From positions 30,384 to 94,383 of the IMG/VR virus record IMGVR_UViG_3300037201_000018: a DNA stretch of 64,000 bases; one strand, 5' to 3'. Position 1 is the first letter of the stretch. The number at the start of each line of letters is the position of its first letter. Of this stretch, positions 63,656-64,000 are shown in pieces. The position numbers and the translations under genes were made by a program. The notes below the pieces were generated by a model. That model was not told where the DNA came from and did not search any database. It was given only the letters and a program-made list of their open reading frames with translations. The DNA is from a virus.

Positions 63656-63886
63656 ATGGACGACAAAGAACTTCTCGACCTTCTCAACCAAGTCAGAGAC
63701 TCGCCTGTCGCTCTTCCTCCTCAGTCGTCTACAGGACGCACAAAAGAGGCGACTGCCTACGACTTGGCCCTGCGGGAGTTCGATCTGAACCAAGCAGAGT
63801 ACGACGAGGAGATGCGACTGCTGAGTCAGCCGAACGACGAGAACGAGGCCTGGCGAGACGCGATGAGAGAGCAGGGGAGACTGTGA
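63656..63886 (+). CDS. hypothetical protein
   Basis: Packed ORF. Confidence 0.4.
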   Translation: MDDKELLDLLNQVRDSPVALPPQSSTGRTKEATAYDLALREFDLNQAEYDEEMRLLSQPNDENEAWRDAMREQGRL

Positions 63887-64000
63887 TGACTACCGAGAGT
63901 GAGAACGCTTGGGCCGACATTCACAAGGCTGAGTATGCCCGAGAGAATTGGACGTTCACGCGAGTCGTGTCTCTCTCTAGTTTCAAGCAACTACGTCGAT

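Overview
This window is a ~64 kb segment of a tailed dsDNA bacteriophage genome. It looks siphovirus-like, with no sheath, integrase or CRISPR seen. The host may be a Planctomycetota-like bacterium, which is a weak inference from the CsrA and GroES genes and the Cys-rich virion proteins. Gene order: (1) 1-11.9 kb, head-tail/tail module with neck, tail terminator, tail tube, G/GT chaperones with a -1 slippery site, tape measure, distal tail, and a Cys/Ser/Thr mucin-like protein at the tail-fibre position. (2) 12-28 kb, a large glycan-synthesis/modification cluster with about 7 glycosyltransferases, 4 methyltransferase domains, 2 radical SAM enzymes, an LMW phosphatase and PspC, interspersed with free-standing homing endonucleases. 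(3) 28.5-35.6 kb, a minus-strand early cassette (UvrD-like helicase, ParB/DGQHR-like protein, HTH). (4) 35.8-54 kb, replication/recombination genes (RuvC-like, UDG, PD-(D/E)XK exonuclease, Sak4-like ATPase, CsrA, SSB-like, PolA, Mom-like, intein-containing primase-helicase) plus a structured-RNA/tRNA island. (5) 54-64 kb, accessory genes (GH5-like hydrolase, an inverted-repeat-bounded cassette, GroES), TerS and a split TerL. Top findings: an intein in a glycosyltransferase whose putative homing endonuclease (HTH + DUF559/Vsr-like) is encoded on the OPPOSITE strand, and a mucin-like tail protein followed closely by a glycosyltransferase carrying ppGalNAc-T (GT27)-like motifs, which suggests phage-encoded O-glycosylation of the virion. 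All calls come from manual motif reading; no database searches were run.
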